Shown here: one piece after another, positions 12,031 to 19,612 of the stretch
Layout of the letters: each line of letters begins with the position of its first letter
Numbering within the stretch: the first letter of the stretch is position 1
NCBI GenBank assembly: GCA_963668695.2
Contig: CAXXLQ010000004.1
Location: 2,875,187 to 2,939,186 of the forward strand
Direction: 5' to 3'
DNA: 64,000 nucleotides
Source of the DNA: Vicinamibacteria bacterium
Lineage (GTDB): Bacteria > Acidobacteriota > Vicinamibacteria > Marinacidobacterales > Marinacidobacteraceae
Translations under genes and position numbers: made by a program
Notes under the pieces: model-generated
What the model saw: only the letters and a program-made list of their open reading frames with translations
What the model was told of the DNA's origin: nothing
Database searches by the model: none

Positions 12031-13398
12031 CACTAGTGCGACATGTTCGGCTCCAACCGAACCCGCTAGAGCGACATGTTCCCGGGCAGATCCTGCTAGT
12101 GCGACATGTTCCGATCCAGCCGGCCCGGCTAGTGCGACATGTTCCCCCGGGCAGATCCGGCTACTGCGACATGTTCGGCTCCAGCCGATCCCGCTACTGC
12201 GACATGTTTCCCGGGCAGATCCGGCTACTGCGACATGTTTCCCGGGCAGATCCGGCTACTGCGACATGTTCGGCTCCAGCCGATCCCGCTACTGCGACAT
12301 GTTCCCCCCGTAGATCCGGCTATTGCGACATGTTCGGCTCCAGCCGATCCCGCTAGAGCGACATGTTCCCCCCGCCGAACCGGTTAGAGCGACATGTTCG
12401 GCTCCAGCCGACCCCGCTAGAGCGACATGTTCCCCGGGCAGATCCGGTTAGTGCGACATGTTCGCCTCCAGCCGATCCCGCTAGAGCGACATGTTCCCCC
12501 CGCAGATCCGGTTAGTGCGACATGTTCGGCTCCAGCCGATCCCGCTAGAGCGACATGTTCCCCGGCAGATCCGGCTAGTGCGACATGTTCGGCTCCAGCC
12601 GATCCCGCTAGAGCGACATGTTCCCCCCGCAGAACCGGTTAGAGCGACATGTTCGGCTCCAGCCGATCCCGCTAGAGCGACATGTTCCCCGGCAGATCCC
12701 GCTAGTGCGACATGTTCGGCTCCAGCCGATCCCGCTAGAGCGACATGTTCCCCGGCAGAACCCGCTACTGCGACATGTTCGGCTCCAGCCGACCCCGCTA
12801 GAGCGACATGTTCCCCGGCAGATCCGGCTAGTGCGACATGTTCGGCTCCAGCCGACCCCGCTAGAGCGACATGTTCCCCCCGCAGATCCGGCTAGTGCGA
12901 CATGTTGGGCTCCAGCCGATCCCGCTAGAGCGACATGTTCCCCGGCAGATCCCGCTAGTGCGACATGTTCGGCTCCAGCCGACCCCGCTAGAGCGACATG
13001 TTCCCCCCGCAGATCCGGCTAGTGCGACATGTTCGGCTCCAGCCGATCCCGCTAGAGCGACATGTTCCCCGGCAGATCCGGCTAGTGCGACATGTTCGGC
13101 CCCGGCCTCCAGCGGTTAGTGCGACATGTTCGGCCCCAGCCGATCCCGCTAGAGCGACATGTTCCCCGGCAGATCCCGCTAGAGCGACATGTTCGGCTCC
13201 AGCCGATCCCGCTAGAGCGACATGTTCCCCGGCAGGCTAGAGCGACAGCCGATCCCGCTAGAGCGACATGTTCGGCTCCAGCCGATCCCGCTAGAGCGAC
13301 ATGTTCCCCGGCCGATCCCGCTAGAGCGACATGTTCGGCTCCAGCCGATCCCGCTAGAGCGACATGTTCCCCCCGCAGATCCGGCTACTGCGACATGT
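12031..13398 (+). repeat. Tandem array: 43 copies of 17-nt box CTAG[A/T/C]GCGACATGTTC with two alternating fillers (63-65-bp higher-order unit)
   Basis: Manual count gives 43 GCGACATGT cores plus one truncated box at ~13228. Filler A is GGCTCCAGCCGATCCCG and filler B is CCC(CC)GGCAGATCCGG. The first box is continuous with the IS right end. Confidence 0.95.
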
Positions 13399-13513
13399 CA
13401 GGCGTCCCGAGACCGCATCCAGGCCAAGGTCAACTGGCAGTTCACCACGGACGATGCCCGCGTCAAGCTGAAACGCCTCTACCCGACACTTGATGAATGA
13501 CAGGACACTAGTA
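13399..13513 (+). repeat. Second copy of the 115-bp IS right end (duplicate of 11924-12038)
   Basis: CAGGCGTCCCGAGACCGCATCCAGGCC...CTTGATGAATGACAGGACACTAGT is identical by eye to 11924-12038 except for the last base (A vs G). Confidence 0.9.
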
Positions 13514-13552
13514 GCGGTCCGCCGATCCGGGGATCGCCGCTGTTCGTGGCGG

Positions 13553-14434
13553 CTACCGCCGCGAGAGGACGGTAGCCACGCCCTCGTGGATGAGACGCGC
13601 GGCGAGGATCAGCGTCCGGTGGTCGCGGTCGTCCGGACAAGCCTCCACGACATCCATCCCCAGGAGGCGGCGCCCCGAAGTTGCGATTTCCTTGACGAGC
13701 TCGAGCCCCGCCCGCGCCGACAGCCCGCCCGGAACCGGATGGGCCACCGCCGGGGCGAAGGCCGGGTCGAACCCGTCCATATCCACCGTCAGGTAGATCG
13801 CGGCACCCTCCGGGAGGTGGGACAGGAGCGCCGTTCGCCTCTCCGCCTCCCAGGCCGGAATCTGCGTGACCCGGCCACCCGACGACTCCCGGATCCCGCG
13901 CTGCACCGAGGTCTCGGTACGGACTCCGATCTGGGTGATGCTCGCCACGTGCGGCATTTCCAGCAGGCGGGCGGCAACGCAGGCGTGGGAGTCCGGGTTG
14001 CCCTCGAAGTCCGGATACATGTCGGGATGGGCGTCCCACTGGACCACCTGGATCGGACCTCGTCCCGCGTAGGCGGCCACCAGCGCGGGGGTGATCGCGT
14101 GGTCGCCCCCGAGGATGAAGGGAGTCCGGCCCCGTGCGAGTTCCGCCTCGATCGCGGCCCGATACCGCGCGGCGTTCTCCCGGAAACCCGCACCGTCCGG
14201 CCCCAGGTCGCCAACGTCCGCAACACTCCCCGCGCAGTCCACCCCGCTCTCGGAGACCGGGTTGTAGCAGGCGCCGTCGTAGGCGGCGCGGATCGCGGGC
14301 GGCGCCTCGGCGCAGCGATCGCGGTAGGTGGACTGGGTCGCGTCCATGACGCCGAGCAGGGAGACGGAGGAATGTTCGGCGTCCGCGCCGGCCGCGATCA
14401 GACCCCCAAACGGGATTCTGGTTGGTTCGTGCAC
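13553..14434 (-). CDS. speB: agmatinase/ureohydrolase (arginase family)
   Basis: ILGGDHAITP, VQWDAHPD, and VDMDGFDPAFAPAV (Mn-binding motifs). GTG start at 14434 chosen from the alignment-like N-terminus IPFGGL. The upstream part of the ORF looks non-coding. Confidence 0.8.
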   Translation of the reverse strand: MHEPTRIPFGGLIAAGADAEHSSVSLLGVMDATQSTYRDRCAEAPPAIRAAYDGACYNPVSESGVDCAGSVADVGDLGPDGAGFRENAARYRAAIEAELARGRTPFILGGDHAITPALVAAYAGRGPIQVVQWDAHPDMYPDFEGNPDSHACVAARLLEMPHVASITQIGVRTETSVQRGIRESSGGRVTQIPAWEAERRTALLSHLPEGAAIYLTVDMDGFDPAFAPAVAHPVPGGLSARAGLELVKEIATSGRRLLGMDVVEACPDDRDHRTLILAARLIHEGVATVLSRR

Positions 14435-14476
14435 GCCGGTATGTTGGCAGCACGCGGCATTTAAGCTCCCGGGAAG

Positions 14477-15973
14477 ATGGCTGCTCCGCCGCGCCCCGCC
14501 GCGTCCGTGATGCTCACCCGCGGCGACGAAGTGCTCCTGGTTCGGCGCTCGCCGCGCCTCAAGGCGTTCGCGAACCTGTGGGCGTTCCCCGGCGGGACGC
14601 TTTCCGAAGGGGATTGGGGGATCCCCGTCAGCGGCGCACCGGATGCCGAGATGGCAACCCGGATAGCGGCCGCGGTGCGCGAGGTGTTCGAGGAGACCGG
14701 GGTATTCCTGGGGCAGGGCAGGAGGCCTCTTTCGGTGTCCGACCGGGACGAACTCCGCCAGGCCCTGCTCGCCGGCGAGATTGGACTCGAGGAGGTCCTC
14801 GAAGGCTTCGGTGCGGAAATCGATGCCTCGCACTTCGCCCCGGTCGAAGAACTCGTGACGCCGGAATCGGCCCCCTTCCGGTTCGACACCCGCTTCTACC
14901 GGCTCCCGCTACCGGACGGCGCCGAACCGTCGGTGTGGCCCGGGGAGATCGTCGATCAGGCCATGCTCCGTCCCGAGGCGGCGCTCGCTCGTTGGCGCGG
15001 CGGAGAGATGGCGCTGGCGCCGCCCATCATTGGCCTCCTGGAGCGGTGGTCTCCCGACGATGGAGTCTTTCGGGATCGCAACCGGGAGGCGGCCCGCCTG
15101 CGGCCGGCGGTCCGCTATTCGCCCGGCATCGCGGTGGTCCCCTGCCGGACGCGCACTCTGCCGCCCGCGACCCACACGAACAGCGTCCTCATCGGCACCT
15201 CACGCCGCTACCTGGTGGACCCTGCCGCGGAAGACCGGGCGGAGCGGCGCGAGCTGTTCGAAATGGTCGACCGGCAGCTCGGACCGGGAGACCGGCTCGA
15301 GGCGGTTCTCGTCACCCATCACCACCGCGACCACATCGGGTCGGTTTCCGCGGCGTCGTCACGCTATGGGGTTCCGGTCGGGGCCCATCCGGAGACCCTC
15401 GCCCGGATCCCGGCGCCTCCCGGGGGCGTCATCGAACTCGGCGAGGGAGACGCGCTCGACCTCGGAGACGCCCCCGACGGGTCGTCCGGCTGGACGCTCG
15501 GGGTGCGGTTCGTGCCCGGACACGCTCCGGGACATCTTGCCTTCGTGGAGAGCCGCTACGGAGCGATGGTGGTGGGCGACATGGTCTCCTCGCTGTCCTC
15601 CATCCTCATTTCGCCGGAAGACGGGGATCTCGGCCAATACCTGGATTCACTGCGCCGCCTGGCGGCCGAATGCCGGGGGATCGTGTACCCGGCGCACGGG
15701 GTACCGGTGGTGGCCGGCGATGAGCTGCTGGGCGGCCAGCTCCGCCACCGGGAAGCCCGCGAAGCCAGTCTGCTCGCCGCGCTGGAACCCGCGCCCGCCC
15801 GCCTTCGGGACATCGGGCTCAGGGTCTATCCGCCGGCAGAGATTCCCCGCTGGGGTCCCGCCCGCGAGCTGGCGGAGGTCGCGCTCACCTCGGGCCTTCT
15901 GAAACTGCAACGCGAAGGCCGCGCCGCCCACGACGGCGGGCAGTGGCGCCTCAGAGAAGCGGTCAGTCCGTAA
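14477..15973 (+). CDS. Nudix hydrolase / MBL-fold metallo-hydrolase fusion protein
   Basis: N-terminal Nudix box GGTLSEGDW...AAVREVFEETGV. C-terminal half has THHHRDHIGS (HxHxDH) and later PGHAPGH. Confidence 0.8.
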   Translation: MAAPPRPAASVMLTRGDEVLLVRRSPRLKAFANLWAFPGGTLSEGDWGIPVSGAPDAEMATRIAAAVREVFEETGVFLGQGRRPLSVSDRDELRQALLAGEIGLEEVLEGFGAEIDASHFAPVEELVTPESAPFRFDTRFYRLPLPDGAEPSVWPGEIVDQAMLRPEAALARWRGGEMALAPPIIGLLERWSPDDGVFRDRNREAARLRPAVRYSPGIAVVPCRTRTLPPATHTNSVLIGTSRRYLVDPAAEDRAERRELFEMVDRQLGPGDRLEAVLVTHHHRDHIGSVSAASSRYGVPVGAHPETLARIPAPPGGVIELGEGDALDLGDAPDGSSGWTLGVRFVPGHAPGHLAFVESRYGAMVVGDMVSSLSSILISPEDGDLGQYLDSLRRLAAECRGIVYPAHGVPVVAGDELLGGQLRHREAREASLLAALEPAPARLRDIGLRVYPPAEIPRWGPARELAEVALTSGLLKLQREGRAAHDGGQWRLREAVSP

Positions 15974-16024
15974 AGACGGCGGGTCAGTCCGTAAAGACGG
16001 CGGGTCAGTCCGTAAAGACGGCGG
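15962..16024 (+). repeat. 3 x 21-bp tandem repeat (GTCAGTCCGTAAAGACGGCGG) duplicating the last codons plus stop of the Nudix-MBL gene
   Basis: Direct reading. Each unit holds the TAA stop and a small CCGT-AAAG-ACGG hairpin. It lies between convergent genes. Confidence 0.9.
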
Positions 16025-16036
16025 GGCCGCCGGGCC

Positions 16037-17350
16037 TTATTCGCCGGCGCTGCCCGGAACCGTGTTCCCCGCGATCACCACCCGGTCGATGGACCTGAGG
16101 GCGGCGATGTCCGCGAGCGGGTCTTCGTCCAGCACGATGAAGTCCGCCCAGTTGCCGGCGGTAAGGGTGCCCACGCCTTCGATGCCGAGACACGCGGCCG
16201 CATCTCCCGTCGCGGAAAGCAGGATCTGCTCGGCGGTGAGGCCGGCCTCCGACATCTCAGCGGTCTCGATGTGCTCGAAGTACCCCTGAAAGCGCCCGGC
16301 CGGGCCGGTGTCGGTGCCGAAGGCGATCTTCACCCCGGCGTCGGCGACGGCCTTCGCATTGGCCATCGCGATGGGATAGTGCTCCCGGTAACCCTGCGCG
16401 GAGGGGCTCTCCGCCACCCGCGCCATCCGCTCCGGATCCTTCAGTTGTTCCAGCACCGCCGGGTCGGCGTCCTTCAGGAAGAACGGGTCCTCGAAGAACT
16501 CGGGCACCTCCGAATAGACGAAGGTGGAGATCTCCCGGACCAGGGTGGGGACGTAACAGACGTCCTTCTCCTTCATCAGCTCGAGGAACTCCTCATCCAC
16601 GGGCTGGTCCCGCACGCTGTGGGCGATGAGTCCGGAACCCGCTCGCAGCACCTCCTTGGCGTCGTCCAGGTAGAAGATGTGGGTGGTGACGCGCTTGCCG
16701 GCTTCCTTCCCCAGCTCCATCACCTTCTCGATGGTCTCGGAAGAGACCCGCTCGTTGGCGCCGAGGTTGGTGTCCACCCGCATTTTCAGGAAGTCGGCGG
16801 GGAGCGCCAGGCTCCGGGCCGCCGATTCCGCGGCTTCCTCAGGCGTTCCGCTGGCGATCACCTCGCCGGCGATCCAGATCCGGGCGCGGTCCAGATTCTC
16901 GTCCTGCTCGTCGCGCAGTTGCGCTGCCTCGGGACCGTCCCCGCCCAGCGAAGCAACGCTGGTGATGCCGTAGCGGGCGTAGAGGCCGAGTTGACGGATC
17001 AGGTTCTCCCGGCTGTAGTGGCCCGTCTCGAGTCCGATGACGTCGCTCGCGTGCGCGTGGGCGTTGATGAATCCGGGAACGACGATCTTGCCGGAGAGGT
17101 CTTCCACCTGGGCGCCCGGCGGGATCTCCACGTCGCCGGCCGCTCCCGCCGCCGCGATGCGCCCGTGATCCACCACGAGCACCGCGTTCTCCACGGCGGC
17201 GCTCCCGGTCCCGTCCCACAGGGTGGCTCCGGTGAATGCCGTAACGCCGGGGAGCGGCGGCGGTTCGGACCCGCAGCCGCCGAAGGCGAGCAGGACGGCG
17301 ATCGCGAACGGAATGAGGAGGGGCTGCGTCTTCTGCGAGCGGATGATCAT
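16037..17350 (-). CDS. amidohydrolase-family lipoprotein
   Basis: Signal/lipobox AVLLAFGGCGS, metal motif VVPGFINAHAHAS, and C-terminal IAFGTDTG .. GTLTAGNWADFIVLD, typical of the amidohydrolase superfamily. Confidence 0.8.
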   Translation of the reverse strand: MIIRSQKTQPLLIPFAIAVLLAFGGCGSEPPPLPGVTAFTGATLWDGTGSAAVENAVLVVDHGRIAAAGAAGDVEIPPGAQVEDLSGKIVVPGFINAHAHASDVIGLETGHYSRENLIRQLGLYARYGITSVASLGGDGPEAAQLRDEQDENLDRARIWIAGEVIASGTPEEAAESAARSLALPADFLKMRVDTNLGANERVSSETIEKVMELGKEAGKRVTTHIFYLDDAKEVLRAGSGLIAHSVRDQPVDEEFLELMKEKDVCYVPTLVREISTFVYSEVPEFFEDPFFLKDADPAVLEQLKDPERMARVAESPSAQGYREHYPIAMANAKAVADAGVKIAFGTDTGPAGRFQGYFEHIETAEMSEAGLTAEQILLSATGDAAACLGIEGVGTLTAGNWADFIVLDEDPLADIAALRSIDRVVIAGNTVPGSAGE

Positions 17351-17448
17351 GGTCGGTCGGGCCTCCGGAAACACCCGAGCATATCGACCTTGGATCGCTG
17401 GCTGACCGCCGCCTGATCTTGACCGCAGGCTGCTAGCGTTCCCGGACC

Positions 17449-18354
17449 ATGACGACTGCGACGATGGTCTCCGCGCCGACCGAATTGGGGCCGCCCGGAA
17501 TGTGCGGAAAACTCCGTCGGGCCCTCCTGATTGGGCCGCGCACCGCCGGCTGGAAGGCTTCGGCCCCGTGGCGGGACCTCGGCTACCTCCATCCGCCGGA
17601 TCCGGACGCGGCGGCGCGGCAGCATGCGGAGCTCCGTGCCCACCTGGTTGCCCGCGAGGTCGAACTCGTGGAGCCTGAAGAAGGCCTTTCCGGACTCAGT
17701 CCCGACGCGGTGTACTGCCACGACGCCTCGCTGCCCGCACCGCGCGGCACGATCCTGATGCGGATGGGCAAGGAAAGTCGGCGGGGCGAGCCCGCGGCGC
17801 ACGCCCGGATCTACGAGGCGCACAAAATCCCGGTGATCGGTGCGATCGAGGCGCCGGGACTTGCCGAAGGCGGGGACCTCGTCTGGCTTGATGAGCGCAC
17901 CCTCCTGGCGGGAGAGGGGTACCGCACGAACGCCGCCGGAATCGCTCAACTCCGGGACCTCCTCGCCGGCGATGGGGTGGAAGTCATTGCCGCGCCCCTC
18001 CCGTACGGGGACGGGCCGGACTGCTGCCTCCACCTGATGTCCCTGCTGAGCGCCCTGGACCGGCGGACCATGGTTGCCGACCTGCGCTTCCTCGCGGTCC
18101 CCACGTTCCGGCTCCTGGAGGAGCGCGGCTTCGAACTGATTCCCATCGTGGAGGAAGAGCGGGGGACGATGGCGGCGAACGTGCTGGCGCTCGGGGAACG
18201 GACCCTCCTCGCGATCGCGGCCAATCGGAGGACCAACGACCGGCTGCGGGAAGCGGGTTTCGAGGTGTTGACCTACGGGGGCAGCGAAATCAGCCAGAAC
18301 GGCTCGGGAGGCCCCACCTGCCTTACCCGACCCCTGGTCCGGGAGGCGGCGTGA
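17449..18354 (+). CDS. dimethylarginine dimethylaminohydrolase / amidinotransferase-fold enzyme
   Basis: C-terminal catalytic Cys context GSGGPTCLTRPL, plus AEGGDLVWLDERTLLAGEGYRTN and CLHLMS motifs of the DDAH/arginine deiminase fold. Start uncertain (17449 or 17500). Confidence 0.7.
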   Translation: MTTATMVSAPTELGPPGMCGKLRRALLIGPRTAGWKASAPWRDLGYLHPPDPDAAARQHAELRAHLVAREVELVEPEEGLSGLSPDAVYCHDASLPAPRGTILMRMGKESRRGEPAAHARIYEAHKIPVIGAIEAPGLAEGGDLVWLDERTLLAGEGYRTNAAGIAQLRDLLAGDGVEVIAAPLPYGDGPDCCLHLMSLLSALDRRTMVADLRFLAVPTFRLLEERGFELIPIVEEERGTMAANVLALGERTLLAIAANRRTNDRLREAGFEVLTYGGSEISQNGSGGPTCLTRPLVREAA

Positions 18355-18626
18355 ACACCCGCATGCGCCGGATCGGCTGGCTCGTTTTCGGCCTTTTCGC
18401 CCTGCTCGTCGTCTTCCTGGTGACTTCAACGCTCACCATGGGCGAGGCGCGCTGCGAAGTGACCATGGAAATGGTGGGTCGCCAGGCCACCGTGACCGCC
18501 CGGGGAGCAACGGAGGCCGACGCGATTCGGGCGGCGGTTACCGGGGCCTGCGCCCGGATCGCGGACGGCCGGACGGCGAACATCCGCTGTCTGGATTCGC
18601 CGCCCCGCTCGGTTCGCTGCGACTAA
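18351..18626 (+). CDS. small membrane-anchored hypothetical protein
   Basis: GTGA overlap with the preceding gene. N-terminal TM IGWLVFGLFALLVVFLV followed by a Cys-containing domain. Its TAA stop lies inside the terminus of repeat R2. Confidence 0.45.
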   Translation: MNTRMRRIGWLVFGLFALLVVFLVTSTLTMGEARCEVTMEMVGRQATVTARGATEADAIRAAVTGACARIADGRTANIRCLDSPPRSVRCD

Positions 18627-19113
18627 CAGCCTGTGGTGAAAGCACCCCGCACGAGCCCCAGGAGGTCGCGCGCGGCGAATCCGTCGGTTTGTGTGCGTGC
18701 GGGGCGCTTTCCCCTCCCCACACCCCACCCCCGCGGCGCTGCGCGCCGCGAATGGATGCCTTCCGGGTTTCACCACAGGCTGTTAACAGCCGGTGGTGGA
18801 ATCCGGGTCAGCGCCGAGGCCGGCCAGTTCTTTTGGTGGGGGCGAGGCCCAGTTCTCCCGGTGGGGGTCCGGCTGACAAGGCGCGTGAGGGAGGAGCCCC
18901 CACCGGGAGAACTGGCCCGGGTGTATTTCGACCGAAACGCAACGATGAGCGGCGCGCAGCGACGCGGCTCAGCCGGGATGGATCGCTGGCCGAGCCCCCA
19001 CCGGGAGAACTGGGCCGCGTGGGTTCCACCACCGGCTGTTTGGCCGGGATGGATCGCCGGGCGAGCCCCCACCGGGAGAACTGGGCCGCCTGGGTTTCAC
19101 TACAGGCTGTTAA
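18623..19113. repeat. Mosaic MITE/REP-like element locus R2 (two units, nested 20-nt modules)
   Basis: Unit 1 is TAACAGCCTGTGGTGAAAGC ... GGGTTTCACCACAGGCTGTTAA (to ~18787). Unit 2 then follows, with the conserved core split by CCCCCACCGGGAGAACTGGCC and two extra terminal sub-modules, ending CACTACAGGCTGTTAA. Confidence 0.85.
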
Positions 19114-19612
19114 TTCCCCGCCGCGGCGGCTGCGCCAGGGTGCCGTCCGGACGGACGATGAAAGCCCGGATCGGGCGCTGGAACAGGACCCGGGCGGCAG
19201 CCCGGTAGCGCCGGGCGCGGGCCTCGGCGGCTTCGGCGCCGCCTTCCTGCATCGCGACGACCGTGACCGTGCCGCTCTCGCGCCGGTAGATCAGACTGGG
19301 GATCAGGACGACCCGGCTGCTTCCGTCCCTCCGCCGGAGTCCAACGCGGACGTTCGGGCGCAATTCGCCCTCGAGACGCCCCCCGGGTTTTCGCTCGCCG
19401 AGCGCGGCGAGGCAAAGCTGGTGCGCCCGCTCCGCCACCTGCCGGCGCCCATCCGGCGAGGGGACGAGGCGCTCGTCCGCAAGCCGGAGCGCCGCGTTGG
19501 GGTCCGGCTTCCTTCCGAGCCGGTCGGCGCGGTGAAGAAGCCGGTGGGCCAACACCCGCACCGCCGTCGCCGTGCGGTCCCGACCACCGGGACGATGTTC
19601 GCCTTGCTTCAC
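19100..19612 (-). CDS. hypothetical protein translationally coupled to the UvrD/AddA-like helicase
   Basis: GTG at 19612 overlaps the helicase stop (GTGA). ~170 aa (VKQGEHRPGG...IVRPDGTLAQPPRRGINSL). The last codons and TAG lie inside repeat R2. No family recognised. Confidence 0.4.
   Translation of the reverse strand: MKQGEHRPGGRDRTATAVRVLAHRLLHRADRLGRKPDPNAALRLADERLVPSPDGRRQVAERAHQLCLAALGERKPGGRLEGELRPNVRVGLRRRDGSSRVVLIPSLIYRRESGTVTVVAMQEGGAEAAEARARRYRAAARVLFQRPIRAFIVRPDGTLAQPPRRGINSL

Larger units (their letters stand above)
11289..13513 (+). mobile_element. Decayed IS630/Tc1-mariner-family insertion sequence carrying an internal tandem array
   Basis: The left end is CACTAGTGTCATGTCA. 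The reverse complement of the right end(s) is CACTAGTGTCCTGTCA (16/17 match). The right end occurs twice (ending at 12038 and 13513). It encodes a DDE transposase remnant of IS630 type. Confidence 0.8.

Noticed and set aside
12031-13398. Possible CRISPR array (short direct repeats with ~15-nt intervening sequences)
   Set aside because: The intervening sequences are only two alternating, nearly invariant fillers rather than unique spacers. The repeat is 17 nt and the spacers ~14-16 nt, both far too short. No cas genes or leader are present. The repeat is continuous with an IS terminus.
12015-13500. Nine overlapping plus-strand ORFs in the array encoding MFPPQIRLVRHVRLQPIPLERHV-type repeats
   Set aside because: They are generated by the ATG inside every GACATGTTC box. 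Frames break whenever the unit length changes between 63, 64 and 65 bp. Composition is unlike neighbouring genes and there is no RBS. The last ones merely fuse to the duplicated transposase tail.
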